A stretch of 63,994 bases of DNA, filler included, from Sphacelaria rigidula (taxonomy: Eukaryota): assembly GCA_964200075.2 (NCBI GenBank). It is 4 parts of 4 records of this genome, joined end to end, with 100 filler letters (N's around TTAATTAATTAA, not from the genome) between each part and the next. Parts side by side here need not be neighbours in the genome. Positions count along the whole stretch, not along the records: positions 32,223 to 48,229 come from CAXNAA020001521.1; positions 48,330 to 63,994 come from CAXNAA020001654.1; 2 more parts are not named here. The stretch is one strand, 5' to 3'. Within the stretch, counting starts at the first letter, position 1. The number at the start of each line of letters is the position of its first letter. The position numbers were made by a program, and so were the translations under genes. Positions 34,701 to 48,561 of this stretch are shown piece after piece. The notes below the pieces were generated by a model that had not been told where the DNA came from, searched no databases, and worked only from the letters and a program-made list of their open reading frames with translations.

Positions 34701-37700
34701 GAACGCTTTCTACTCACGCTAGGAGCACACGGGACTGTCAAGCCCCCCTAAAGAACATATTCTCGTTGTCCACACTCAAATAAATTAATGTCAACTATGG
34801 GTAGATGGTAACCCAATTCCGGCCAACCCTTCCGATGAATGGTGTAGTTGTATGTACGAACACTATCTGACCTGCGCTGGAGATTGCCTGAGCTGCTGGA
34901 CTACCGCTGTGGTCTGCTCGGTACGGAAATGGGTAGGAACAAAATGCAGTCGACACAACGTCGAAAAAGTCATGCGATAGCTGTGCAGCCTCGATGTCGT
35001 CTTCCGGTGCTTTTGTACAGATGCACAGGTCCCAGGTAACGCAAACGTCTTGCATGTGCACTCTAAATTTTGTGCCATAATAAGGCCGCGTCTTATGAGC
35101 AAGTCTTTTTTCGATCGAAAAGATGCGACGGAAAAAATATATATCCGATCTGATGGGTCTGGACATGTCGTCACTCCTTTTCCCACGTTATTTACGTTGA
35201 AATGACGACCGATCAGAGCGAAATTTTCTTCCCCACCACGCTGTTTCGATCGAAACATAATTCGCCTTGTTATTGTCCCCGTTCAAAATCAAGGTAGGCA
35301 AAGAACGGCGTTGATTTTTTTCAAAATATAATTTGGATGGCTCGTTTCTCCTGTTGTTTTTTTTTCCCCTTCCATTGGTGCTGGGTGATCCATCGCGTAT
35401 ATGTTCTACATGTGAAATTATAATATGTACGTTCTCTCGGTGATATTTTCTGCTTCACGGACTTGTCTGCTGTGAATAATGTGGATCCATACTCGGAGGG
35501 CTGACACTCTCCAGGCCATAATGGTGCATATTCGCTGGAATCGGTTCCTGTCACATCGATTAAAACTTGAACTGTGTTGACGTCCAATTTTCGGCACACC
35601 AGGGTGCCTAAAAAACCCCATTCGCCCAAAAGGCGTTGGTCTGCCTTCAGTTTGAGTTCGGCTTCCAGGGGATTCGGTAGGGTACAGCACCCGTGTTGGA
35701 CGTCACTGTGAGGAAGTCTTGTGACGTGGAACTTGGGTCAGGCTCGCCTCTGGCTCTCAGCCTTGTTGTCACACTCATGAAGATACATTTCATGCCGGGT
35801 ATTTTCGGGCCGACGAAAAATGACAAGCGAAAAACAAAGTATGTTTTAAAAGGAGCATGTCAATTAGTCATTCCGCCGCGTGATGTCGCGGCGACCATTC
35901 AACATGCTGCTTTTGGACGCTTGCTTGACCCTTCACTGTTCTGTTCCCCGTCCGTTGAGGTAGGCCCTGTCCACCTGTGCATCGAAAGCCGTGGTCCGGC
36001 CCCACTCCACTCCCGTCGGCGAAACCCTGAAATCCCGTTCCGCGAACTAGGCGCCGTGCGTATGTTGTATCGTGACGAGCCTTTATACAAGCTATCCCAT
36101 TCATAGCAGACGCTAAATAATCACAAACCCTGAAGCACAAGACGACAGATCGTGAACCCTGGAGCAGGTACTGTAGTTGCTCTGCGTGTCAACTGCAAAG
36201 ACAGGAATTGCCTTATTCCACGGTGCCGTTACATCAACTTTTACTCGAGCAGATAAAGTACGCCCGTCTTGTACGGAAATCGCCTTCCAGAGGGCGTACG
36301 GTTTGGCACCTTCGACTGATCTGTTGCATACGTCGGACATATTATCATCCGTCTGAAAACTACTTCATCTCAGTATACTGATCTGGATCTTGATCGGGAT
36401 CATTTGGCCCCCCTTTTCCACGTTTGCTCCCTAGAGCGCCGGAGGCTGAGCACGCCGAGTAGCTCAAAGGTTGCGCTTTGGCTTTTCTGACTCCGCGGTC
36501 GCATATTTTGTGTGTTTGGACCAACGGATCCGAGAGTTTTCTTCTTTCATGAGTTATTGCAGACGGATCATGATCTGTCCGACGTGTGATATGTTGTAAC
36601 GTTGGGAACCGGTAACATGGGCGCATGCGTATATTTTCGGAACAGCATCATCAGCTGGCTGCCACACGGGAAATTGGGGGTGGGTGGTGTGGGCGTTGTA
36701 TTCGAGGGAGAAGACGGGGGAGGGGGTGAAGGACGTCTGCATTGCTAGCCGATCTTTTCAAGAAGATGGTGCAAACACAGTTTGTTTGCCTTTCCCCCCC
36801 CTCCCGCCCCAACGGAATAGTTCGATCAATTCTTGAAATACATTGAGCGATCCCAGCGGCTACTTTGGTGGGCAAATCTGCACCTCATCGGAGGAACGAT
36901 TATAATAGAACAGTGAATGGGTGAACACAAGTAGAAGAACGATACACAGCAAGTGCCGCGGCCGTGTAGTGATGTATACACCCACCTAGTCGGCAATCCA
37001 ATGATTGGGTGTCAGGCGGGTAGGGAGGGAGCCCCTGCCCTTCACTCGCTGCTGTACCGAAAGGGCAGGGTTTCTCGACACTGGACGCTGTACTGCCCAC
37101 CGTGGGGGAGGCTTTGGTGTTGATTCCCCCGGGTGATGCAGTTTTGCGAGGTCATAGTCATGAGTACGTGTATCCTCTGGGATGGTCGAGGAGAAGGAAA
37201 GTCCCTGGCAAAATCATTTTCTTCCCGTTTCTTCGACAGTATATGAAACCGAACAAAGTCTTCCTCACCCGGGGTTCGCCCGTGTGTAGTACCAACGAGT
37301 TTTCCAGTCTTTTTCCCCTCTGGGGCCGCAGCTAGCCGACAGCGGTGGGGTTTTTGCCGCTGGATAATGATTTCATTGTCGCGCGCTGGATTGGGACACG
37401 CGCGTTTCAGTGCTGAAAGGCTGCGGTTGTCAATCACTTGCTATTGCAACAGATACCCATTCTCACAAGAAATGGATACATCGCCACAAGGTATGATAGG
37501 TACCCCTCAATGTACTCGGATCCAAAAGAAAATCATGCCCGAGCTGGGAGAAGTCCGTACTTCCATGGAAACAACAGGTACATCTTTTTCTCCCGCAAAT
37601 TTGTACATTTCTAGTATGGATGATGCCTGAGCGCGACCCGTACTGCGAGGTCCGTATTCGACTGAAAAACAGCTGTAATGAATACGTATAATACTTCTGA

Positions 37701-40607
37701 TCGTGCTGGAAACGATTCGGTTGCGAGGAGTCCGCGAAATTTGTTCCGAAATAGCTTAGGCCATTATTTCGCTGTGTTTGCGCCCTCCCGTCGGGGTGTG
37801 AGGCATCATGGGTGTGATCCGCGCGGGCGAACTGTTCAACTCGTTTGCACAGGTGTCATCGAATGAGTACCCTGTAAGAACGAAAATCTGACGCGATATG
37901 CGATATGATGCTACGGTAGATGGCCAGTATTTCAATTGGACTGTTCAAACATTCTCCCGTGTACAGGTGCCGTTTATGGCGTGCTTGAGCTGGGCATGCT
38001 CACGGCGGATGGTCTCAACCGTTTGATTGCTGCAGGCATCAGTTTGTGTTCCATGTGTCCTCACAGCGCACCTTTGGTGACGTTACCTTAGATCCTGTAC
38101 CCACCATGATAAAGAAGTGATCTGACTCCTTCGAACGTTGCTCGGTCGAGGAAGAGTAATGCCAATTCAAGATATGAAGCACCCTGGCGGTCGAACAGTT
38201 TGTGTACGTCGCGTCCAAAGGGTCAACCGTGAAGATTCGTGAGCAATGACCCGATGTAATTGACACAGATGCCCCTGTATACCCGGTATATCATATAGGT
38301 TACTACGAGAGCACGATCCGAATTGTACCGTTGATGTGACGGAGAATATCAATCCTCCTCACACGGTTAGTGAAACAGAGTTATCGGTGTCCCGCGGTGG
38401 TGCTCGTTAATAATTGAGGAATTGTTACTGATGGCAGGTGTGCAAGCGGCGACTTTTCCCCAAGACATGGGCCATAACATCAGTCGACCTGAAGGAATGT
38501 TCGTACACAATGGCTGACACGGATAACTACTTGATTTTAAACTGGAGAAAGTTCTGAGAAAACTTACGTTTTTGGGCAAATGAGTAGTGGACCCAGGTCG
38601 TTCAGGACGTTGTTTTTTCGAAATCGGCGCCTGCGACGACGAGTTGAGGTCTGCCAACGCACACTGCGTCTAGGGGAATCTAAAAATCTATGCATCCTCC
38701 TTGCCTCCTTGCCCGAGGGTCTTCAGCGCCTTGGGTCGGGGTTATGGTTGGGGTTGGGCAGTGTTGAAAATCGTGTATCGAAATATCGAGTATCAATCGC
38801 ACTTTTCGGCGATTCTCGGTACGGGAATCGCGAGCTGGTAAGCCGATACTTTCGATAATGAATCTGGCTCTAATTTCGAGCGCCAAAACACAGCGCACGC
38901 TGCTTCTGAACGATGCTCAAACTTCACGTATGTGCAGCTTGAAGACGTTCTGTGCGCTTCGTGACTCGAAAGGATACGATGCTGAACTGTTCCGAAACAT
39001 TTCTAACTTTCCGATGGCAATTCTAAAGGGAAACAATATCAAATCCGCGCTGAGGCAGCGACAGATCTTGCCGGTACTGTTGTTTGCGTCGGCCGCTTCT
39101 CGGTCGACGGTGGAAGTGACACCGGAGACAAGTGCCTGCCAGGCTTTGTCATATGTCACAGGCAGGTGCCCTTGGGTTTCATATTTTACATGCCGTCTAG
39201 TGCAAGACGTGGCCGTACAACCGAGCCGAAGAGAGGCGTGCCTCATGCCAAGTATCCCTGTTGTGAAGATGTTGGGGAAGGGGCCAAGGTCTCGTTCCAG
39301 ACAATGCCGGATTTAGCCTGTCAGGTACCACGACGGCCTGACGAGTACAGAGGCGGTTGCTGCAGTCTTCTCTTATCTGAATAGACCTTAAATCCTCATC
39401 CACAACGCTCGCACGTGAATGTTTTGAGCTTTTCCCCACCTGCACTTGATCGACGTTTTGCAGAGTTTGTCACCATTCTACTTGGTTCCGGAATGGTTCA
39501 GAGCGCAAGATGCGATTTCAATTTTTACGGATCGCGAGTATTCTGGCCCCGCCGAGGCGTGGATTGCATCGTCCAGTCAGTCCTACAGACAGTACTCGTT
39601 TTACTGCCGGCTAGAAGCACACAGCTCTGTCCAACTACGTCGTGTATTTCCCTGCCACCAGACATGTCGTGTATCAGGTGCTTCCTCGCTCCGTAGTGAC
39701 ATGCATACTTTGACATCAGCGCCACGTTGCCCTGCTGATGTGGTCACCTCTCTTCCAAGAACGTCCGCAACTCTCGTCTCAGTATATTTGACGTCTTGAG
39801 ATTGACCATCTCCAACGGCAGGCGTGGGTTATGAATTATATTTCGGTAAACTGCTTCCATGATACTTGAAAGGAACAACACTGCTCGAAACAGTCAAATC
39901 GGGAGAACGGTGTGGAGCGGGGGAACGTGCTACCCTTGTACCTGTGTTATTTTCCATCGAATCGCATTTTTATTATTTACAATGAGTCATTATCCAAAAC
40001 ACAACTGTCAGAGCTGCCATCGCTGTTATGCCCCTCACAAGTGAAATTATGTAAGTATCGCTCCCGCTGGGCGCTGCCTGAAACATGACAAATGTCCTTT
40101 GGGCTGGAAATACCACAGCCGTGTTGGACTAGAAACGGCTGCGCGTGAAAATATCTACTCGGCGAGAAAATTCATATTAAGTTGGAAACAATCGTATTTT
40201 GAGGAGAAGTCATTTTTTGCCCGGGAAAACTGGCGACCGAGGGGGGGAAGGGGTATCGTTGCCTTTTGAAATTCTAGTCCCCTTACTGGAAAAAAACCTG
40301 AATAAAAAGAGTGTTCGCGGGGAGCGGGGTTCCTGGCGTGTGCACGCGGCTATCAGAGGGGATGCAGTCGTGTGCACGCTGTTGCCATGCATTACTTGAG
40401 GTTTCGAAATTCATCTCTGCGCCAACACATCCGGCTCGCAGCGGCAACAATCGCAACATAAACGGGGCGAGGTGCCGATCGAGCTTGCTCCAGAGCACGT
40501 CTACACCTTGGTGCCCATGCGTGACCCACGATTGATTTGATTTTGCTGAGTTTTTTTTTTTTTTCTTGACGAAAGGAGGAACCCCGACCCAACACTTTTC
40601 CCTCGAG

Positions 40608-43600
40608 GGAGTTCGTGTGCCGATAACCCGAAGGATCGATTAGACCACCTCGCGGCAGTCAAATGAGGAAGGCGCCTCGACCGGCGGCTCAAGGCAGTGT
40701 GGGAGGTGCCCCCACTGAAACCCCTTATCAACTTGACGCAGTGCACGCGCCGCCCTGCTCTTAAGAGCTTCGGCCCTGGAATTTTACGGAGGTGCATCCG
40801 CAGTAATCTGCAGTGAGTGAAGCCTCACAAATATATATTATTTTCCTCCCTACATACTCCAAATGTATACGGTTGATAAGCTCGTCAACTCGACTACGCT
40901 GTCTATTTGTCGTCCTCGCCGATTTCCTCTTATTCTTGAGTTCCCGTCGATCGTGTGGCACTACTGCAGCAACACCACTCCGTAGATCGTGCCATCTATG
41001 TATGTCAACACACTATTGTAGTGCAAGCTCGTACATGGTATGGTATCGTCTGCTGAGCAGTAAAGATACGGGACATTTTTTTTTTCGTCAAATATGATTC
41101 TCCTCAAGGGTTACAACGTGACCCATTGAGATGGGCCACCGTGAGGCTGCTCGGTTGTTATGGTTTTGTGCAGAGGTTTGGATAATGACAGTCGAGAGTA
41201 CGGGTTATACCGGGCGGCAGGTAAAGCCGACCTTGCCTTGCAAGAGTTTTTTTACAACGAATCAGTCACGTTCATGGTGCCCCTAGATACCCAGTCACGG
41301 TCCCAGCATTAACGTAGTAGTTGCCTGCGTGTTTGTCGAGGTCCGCAGCTCTCATTACTGGAAGAAACTTGAGGTGCAGGCAGGCTCACCTTTGTGGCCC
41401 CCGCTACACTACGAAAACATATCGAAGCAAAGCCAACAACGGTAGATATTATATTATATACATATCCTGTGCACCTGCTTGCCTAGTCAACAATTTAGCT
41501 ACTGTATTGCAGCGGGTGTATGACGGCGTGCTTGCTTTTCCTGCGTTGCTATGCCGGGCAACAGGTGTGTCCGACACGATTACCTGTCGACGAAATGATG
41601 GACACTGTTTTTTCTTGTCGACGGTCACATGTACCTTCATCACGAGCGTTCCCGCACCGTTGCGGAAGAAACAAAGAAGGAGAAGCGAATACTGTTAACT
41701 CCTACAATGGGTGCACACAGGGGCTGTTACTGTTGCATTTTAATTGGCAATCGCACCGCATTTACTCCAGCCTGCACAGTAGTGGTACTGTGATAGATGA
41801 AGGAGTTTCTTGACGTCTTCCGTCCAGCGGGGTGAAGTGATGCGCGGCGGAACGTGGGTATACCTGTAGGGAAAAAATCTTCATTCTAGGGATGCTCACC
41901 AGGCTCCATAACCGGCCTGATGTGATGAATGATCCGGTGTCATATCAACGGTTTATTGAAAATGAAACATTTTCCGTTTGATTCGCACCGAAAAAATAGC
42001 CTGGAGTGATTGATTATATTGTATTAAATCGATACATGAATACCCCTGATACAAACGCACACACGTGATAACATCCCCACAAGAGGGGCCACCAAATCCC
42101 TTCTCTTCGACAGGCTTGAATATTTGAAAGACTGGAGTGTCACTTCTTCGCCTCCTTTGCGGTACTGCACCGAAATGAAGCTGGATATCAAATAGCTCTG
42201 GCCCATACCTAAATTCAACATGAAAGAACGCATATAGAAGTGCACAAAACATGTATGAAGATGATGTACAGTATGTAAAGTAGTAGGCTTCGTATGCTAT
42301 ACCCCAATCAGAGCCTGATGCTCATCTTGTGATGGCTGACATATTTCAAACTACGAGTGTAATTGAATTGAAGGCATACCCTGCCCCCTCCCACGCGTGC
42401 GCCTTCTCTCTCGTAATCTCTGGTTTCCAGCGATCATATCCACTGCATCAGCGTCCCAAGGACCCTGTTGTACCGGGACGGGGGGGCGCAGGAGTTCCGT
42501 CACATTTGTACGACCGTGAACAAGTGGAGGCTTACGAGCGGCCACTACAATCGCATCCACCTCAGGCATGATGATGAAGCATACATATTATTCACCGTCG
42601 TGTGTGTGTGTATGTGGATCGATGTTTTTTTTTGTTTTTGATCGTCACATTGTTTTGCTCTATCTTTCCAAAGTGTGTATGTACGAAAGGATTTGAGTAC
42701 TTGGTAAGGGAGCGTGTTGTGTTGTGTTGTGTGTGTTGTCGTCCCTTCTATTCTGGATGCCGGTCTACACCTTTCGGTATATGTGGGCGCACCAGCCGGG
42801 GTCACACAGGAGGAAGGCCAACACAGGATTTTTTCTGTTATGTTTTGTTCTACTCGTGGTTCTCCACCTTCCTCCTCCGGTGCTTAAATATAAATAATAC
42901 ATCTAAATATGTACGAAGTATATCATATGATATCACCGGTATTTTTTTTGGATGTTGAACATGGTGGAAGATGACTGCAACGGACGATCCTGTAGTACTA
43001 ATACTACCAAGACTTTGAAGATACGAGCAACACGTCTCATTGTAGAAAATACATTTTTCTTTGGAAGGTTGCTCACGTTCCGCGATCCCCATCCTCTGCG
43101 CAACCTCCGAGAGCAACCGCTTTCAAGCCGTCCGATCCCGCACGAGGACTTTTATCAACCTTTGTGTGCCCAGCATTTGATCCACGAATCCAGACTCTGC
43201 AACTGGAGCATCAACACAGTGTCCGCGTTGGCCCATCTATGGTGGGAGTCTAGTGTTGATTATCATCGTCGATGTCAGCGCAAATGAGAACATGAGGAAC
43301 CGGTGCGGTCAAGCTTCAAAGTATCATGCGGCGAGATCATTTCGACTCGAGGTTTCCCCGCGGTTCAGGGCGGCTCGGCGTTGTCGAAGTGGCGGAGGAT
43401 AACCCCGATCTTGTTGAATGGTTAACTCGTGCGTGCTTTTAATGCCACGCACAGTCAGCCCCTCAGCACTATGCGCTACAAACTTAATGGTCCCTTGTCA
43501 CGGGCTGTATGCTCGATATTAAGGCCGGTAAATCTGTGTACTCATGTCGATTCTCACGCGTCCCCGTGTTCGAAAGATGCCAATCTGTCTTTTTTGGCGT

Positions 43601-43683
43601 TTTTTTTCAGGGTGAACTGGAGCTGGTATCATGATGTAGGGGGCCTGGGAGCACAATCTGAACATCTGTACGCCCAAAAATAG
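40608..43683 (+). pseudogene. Candidate spliced orphan gene or pseudogene; exons 40608-40812, 42431-42565, 43611-43683, with an in-frame TGA at 40664-40666
   Basis: Acceptors with pyrimidine tracts (TTTTCCCTCGAG, TCTCTGGTTTCCAG, TTTTTTTTCAG) and donors GTGAGT and GCATGA give a phase-consistent peptide: SSCADNPKDRLDHLAAVK*GRRLDRRLKAVWEVPPLKPLINLTQCTRRPALKSFGPGILRRCIRSNLH/DHIHCISVPRTLLYRDGGAQEFRHICTTVNKWRLTSGHYNRIHLR/VNWSWYHDVGGLGAQSEHLYAQK*. No homology recognised. Confidence 0.4.
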
Positions 43684-46600
43684 GACATGAGCTTACTCAC
43701 AGTAATAGTCTGGGATTCCACATGAGTGATGGCCGCCGCATTTTGAACACACCGTAACAGAGCGAAGAAAACCGAATCGGTCAAAAATGGGAGGTCATGC
43801 ACTCCCTCAAGTAGGGTCGCGACCGGGGAAAAAAGGGAGAAAACGCACGCACGGAAAGAGGTCTCATCTTTCCCTTCTCTCGGAGAAGCGAGTGATGCGG
43901 ACATGCTCGCCCCTTTAGATCGCACAGTAGAGACACGCGCTGGTACTAAGAACAGGCATTTTTGCGACTTCTTCGACTTTCTTTTTTGTCCACTCTTTCC
44001 GGAGGTTCACACCCGCCGAAGCGCAGCCCAACCTCTTCGAAAGAATCTCATCTCGAACCTCCGGTAGGCTGGCTCTCTATCGACACTTTAGAACACTCAT
44101 TTCACAGCCTGCCCCGTGGTTGTACTGCGGCACAGTCAAACGTCTGTCAAAAGTAATTTCATATTGGCTTCGAGAATATTAGTCGATATACGTGCGTCGT
44201 GTCGTGGTGAAATGGTACGAGTTTTCAACAGAGAAGCAGGTACCCCCTCCCCTCCTCCTTCCCCTCCAATCCCGGCAGCCGTGTCCTCAACCCCTTGAAA
44301 CAGCGTGATGCCTCTTCTCGGAACAACATCTTGAGGTGATCTTCAACGCTGGTAACGCCGACGCACCAGCTCTACTTTTCTTCGTGCGCGCACCACTCGT
44401 AATGATAATATAACTGAAAACCGGTACTCCGGGTTCCTCAGCCCGTGTATCATGCATACAAGTAGTGTTCACAACCCCCCTTTGATCGGACAGGACGGCT
44501 GCTGAAGTTGCATAATCTCTACTTGAAAAATGAGATCCAAGACAGGCCCCATATGACCCATCCTCCTAGTGGTGGTCAAAGGGTTTGTAAACATGAAACC
44601 AAAGTGGTCGTTTTTCACGTTTCGTAGTGGTCCTTCGCCTGTAGACTCCGTCGGTGGCATCTGGTGTGATGCGTGGAGGGGTTCTTAGCGCGAACGTCAC
44701 TCGAGGGCTGTTTTACGGTACAAGTGCAAATTTAAGGCAGACTTCTTGGGTGCCGTTGTTTTCGCTGGCCGGGCTTCCGAATCTTTGATCCTGATTTGGC
44801 TCACCGATGCCGTCTTCTGCTTGGCCCACCGTGGTGTAGTGTTGAGTGCGGTATGACCCACAGTAGTAGTCTTTTTTTTCGTAGTTGGCGCCGCTCGTAT
44901 GAAAGGACTGTGTGTGTACGTAGTCAACCATCATGGTTTCCCGTAGTAGTTACTCGAGTTGCATGGCTGGTCGACTGGTCGGCTCGGGAACACGGGGATG
45001 CGCTCGTGAGCCAGTATGAAATCCTACGGGTCATATCGTGTAGATATATAAATAGTACGGATTGGTGGTCTGAGACCATCTTTTATGGCAACGAATCTCG
45101 GTTCTTTTGCGACCCCGATTTTGAAGAAACCGGGGAGACCGTTTTATGGTGAACAGATTTGTGAAACAGTTCTCGACACAGTACTCGCGCATGAAGCCGA
45201 ACAGCAGGCAAGCAGTGATATTTTTTTCGAGTACAATGTCGTACTGTAGTGTCCTAGGATATTACGGTGCAGGACACTCCATCATTACAGTACATGATGA
45301 TACCGTGTGGTGATACATGATGGCACAGTCGATACTGTGAGAACAGTGAACAGTTTGCGAGAAGAGTTCAGTAGTGCAGTGGAATACATCACCCTGCAAG
45401 TACAGCGATCACAGGCTAGGATACTGCAGTACAACACCGTTCGTTATAGTGATCCATATGACAGCGCAGTGCGGCGTAAAATATTCACACGTCGGACGAG
45501 CATGAGTGTATTCGTGGCACTCGCACTCGTTGGGCTGCTCGTTGGCCGTGAAAATTGACAAGGGGAGTACTCGAGTTACCGCTTGTTGTGTCTTCAAAAA
45601 TATCAAACGCCCTGTACTCTATCATTGTACGTCCCTCCTCGAAATTGGAGATCATTCCAAGATCGTTGCACGCCAATTTTTTTCCCCTCGATTTGGTCCC
45701 CGATTTTTTTCACTCCATGCTCGAAAAAATCTCGATTGGTGACTGCCGTAAAATATGGTCTGAGTCCAGTAACACTATCTACGTTAGACAGCATGAGGAC
45801 GAGTTGTAGTGGAGTACGGTCCTATGTGGGCAGCGACAGTTGCGGATGGTATGCACCGGTTTGTGAACATTGGGATACACCGCGTGTATGAATAGGTGGA
45901 ACTCACCAAGAAACGTGCTCGGGAGGAAGAACCCTAGAGTTGAGTCATCACGAGTCATGGCACCGGGAAAATGGAGAGATGGCTGCTACAGTAGTAGTAT
46001 GACTCGAGAAATGAATGCAGCATCACGATTCTTGCTGGAAAAAAAGAGTAATGTTGCATGACGAGTCAACGCATCACAGTCTGCCATCGCGGCTCTGCCT
46101 TGCGTGTGCTTGTACGGCGTGTGGCGATGGCTGGTTGCCCCGCGGTTAATATCATTGTTCCGTACATGGAACTATTCTTGTACCCTGAAATGCTGGGTCG
46201 TCCGGTAGAAATCGTCCGGACCCGGCGATCCAGATATATGGTCGACAACATCCTAGCGTTGAACGTCAGGTATCATATTTGGATCTTTGCTGGTTCACCA
46301 GAGCTAGCCAGGGCTGGCCGGTGCAGCGTGTGTCGGCCGCAATTTATGCTTGCGGCCGCTGATTCACTGCCTGCCAGTGCATGCTTTGCCTGCGGTACTC
46401 TGTGCCTTCTTGCCTGAAGGTTCTCGGAGTGCCTTGTTTTCGGGCTCGGGTGTGAAGGTCTGTCTAGTTGGCGTTTTGGGGGGTAAACAAAAATATAGGA
46501 TGTCGAGCCATGAATGGATTGGCGCCCGCCATCATGTTGACTTCTATCCGTTGACGAGAATGAAAGCCGAACTGTGCAAGAAACAAAAGACCTTATATTT

Positions 46601-48229
46601 TTTCGTTCCACTTCAATTTTCAGCACGCCTCGGTATTTTCCTCGTTATTCCCTCCAACCGCACAAAAACATCATTACTGTGATCCAAAGCTCCTTTCATG
46701 TAGTGAAGGAGGAGCCCCACTGGATCACGTCGCCAGACCAAGCACGAATGCGCTTGAGGCGCTCCGCATAATATGCGGGTAGGTGAGAGACAAAACAAAA
46801 AGAAAGCAACTCTTATGTTGAGACGTGGGAGGTGTTGTGAGTAGCTTGCTCGATCACGTTTCATCCCTCGGTGTTTTTCAGTTTTTACTGCAATGAGGTC
46901 GCAGACCCAGATCTTCGCGAAACAAGAAACGAAAAAAAAAGCGATCCAAGTTGAACCAGCGCTGGTGTCTCGCACGCATGCTTTCGCCTCATGTTGACCG
47001 TTTCAAGGCCACCGACTGCAGAGCAACGCGATTTTCTTTTGTGCTCTTCTTGTTGGATTCTATTCCCGGAAAACAACATTGAGCTCAAACCAGGCCAGAG
47101 GTCCACATCGATGTGCGTGTTGCGCCACCCCGGAAGGTGAAAGGAAGGGGAGCCTGCGGTGCGCGGGTGTAGTGCTGCGTGCAGTCTCTCTCCATCGCTT
47201 GAGGCGGTCGCTACTTGGTCGCTGTACGGTACTACAGTAGCACAAGATCACAATGGTTCCATTTTTGTCCACGTCCGCCGGCCTGTTCGTATTTTTTTTT
47301 TCAACTCTACTCTCGGAGAGTCAAAGTGGAGACAAGCACGAACGACTTACCTCCACCCCTTCCTCCTCCCCCCCAAATATATACACATGGTGATGATGAA
47401 GAACGGACACAAATCGGAGTTTGGCAGTCAAAGGTGGCAGAGATCATAGACGAGTACAGCGTTCAAATTCAGGTCTCATGTATGGGTCAGCACCTCGGCT
47501 TCGAAGTGCGGTACCGTACAGTTGATATTACAGGTGGTCAATTTGAGCTTATAAATCATGCAAACGTTTGTGACTTGGCTTCCAGCACAAATGTTCCTGC
47601 AGTAGATTTATTGACCGTTTCAACCCTTCGGTGGGTAGCGTGGCTCATCTGGGTCTTGGGCGTTCTCGTTTTTCTTGGGTAGAAATAATGCTGATTCAAC
47701 AGCTGACCGAGTGAATTGGCCGCCGGTGGATCATTTGTTCAGAGAGCATAATTCTTACGTGAAAAATGACTTGTGAAAACCCAGATGACCCACCGTAGAG
47801 GTCGAAGGGTTTAGTGAGACGATGCTGAACCAGGGCGGTCGTACATTTTTAACCAATTACTGGGGTACACCTGGCCACATGAACATCGATAGGACCGCTG
47901 AAAATATTCATGTGCATGATTACAGCGGCTTTGGACGAGCAGCGTTAGCGGGTCGGGTTGGATCTAACGAAATACGCAACAGGGTGTCGTTGGAGGAGGG
48001 GGGGGAGCGGTGGTGCTTTTTATAGTACGAGGAGGCGCATGTACAGCGGCGAGGTTGACTGGGGGAGGTCATCCGGAATTATTATTCCGAAATACAACAT
48101 AGCGCCCAACGAATCGCGTGAAGACACGACGTAACTGACCGTCAACGAGTCAGTGTCATTCCCCGACAACCCCCCCCCCCCGCCACCACACCCGATACGG
48201 CCCAACGCTACACCGAGTCGGGCTTGCGC

Positions 48230-48329
48230 NNNNNNNNNNNNNNNNNNNNNNNNNNNNNNNNNNNNNNNNNNNNTTAATTAATTAANNNNNNNNNNNNNNN
48301 NNNNNNNNNNNNNNNNNNNNNNNNNNNNN
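48230..48329. other. Artificial 100-nt contig linker
   Basis: N44-TTAATTAATTAA-N44. Confidence 0.97.
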
Positions 48330-48561
48330 AACCCTGCCGTTACATACATTCATTGATTTTCAGCAACATGAAGCCACTGTTTCATGCATATGTAGGACAC
48401 GTCATTCCTAACCAGCCTCGTTGGTTGCTCTGGAAGCCCAGTCCCAAAAGGTTTAACCCCTTGCCGTGAGGGTAGTCTATCTGGACCATGCAAAAACTTT
48501 CTCCAAGTGAGATTGAAGCCGGTCCAACAGATAAAATCTACTCTCGCCGTCGAAGGGTTAA

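Noticed and set aside
41750-42569. Alternative minus-strand exon chain starting MPEVDAIVVAARKPP
   Set aside because: Phases could not be made consistent across three segments with a convincing peptide. The plus-strand model has better acceptors, though it is also unproven.
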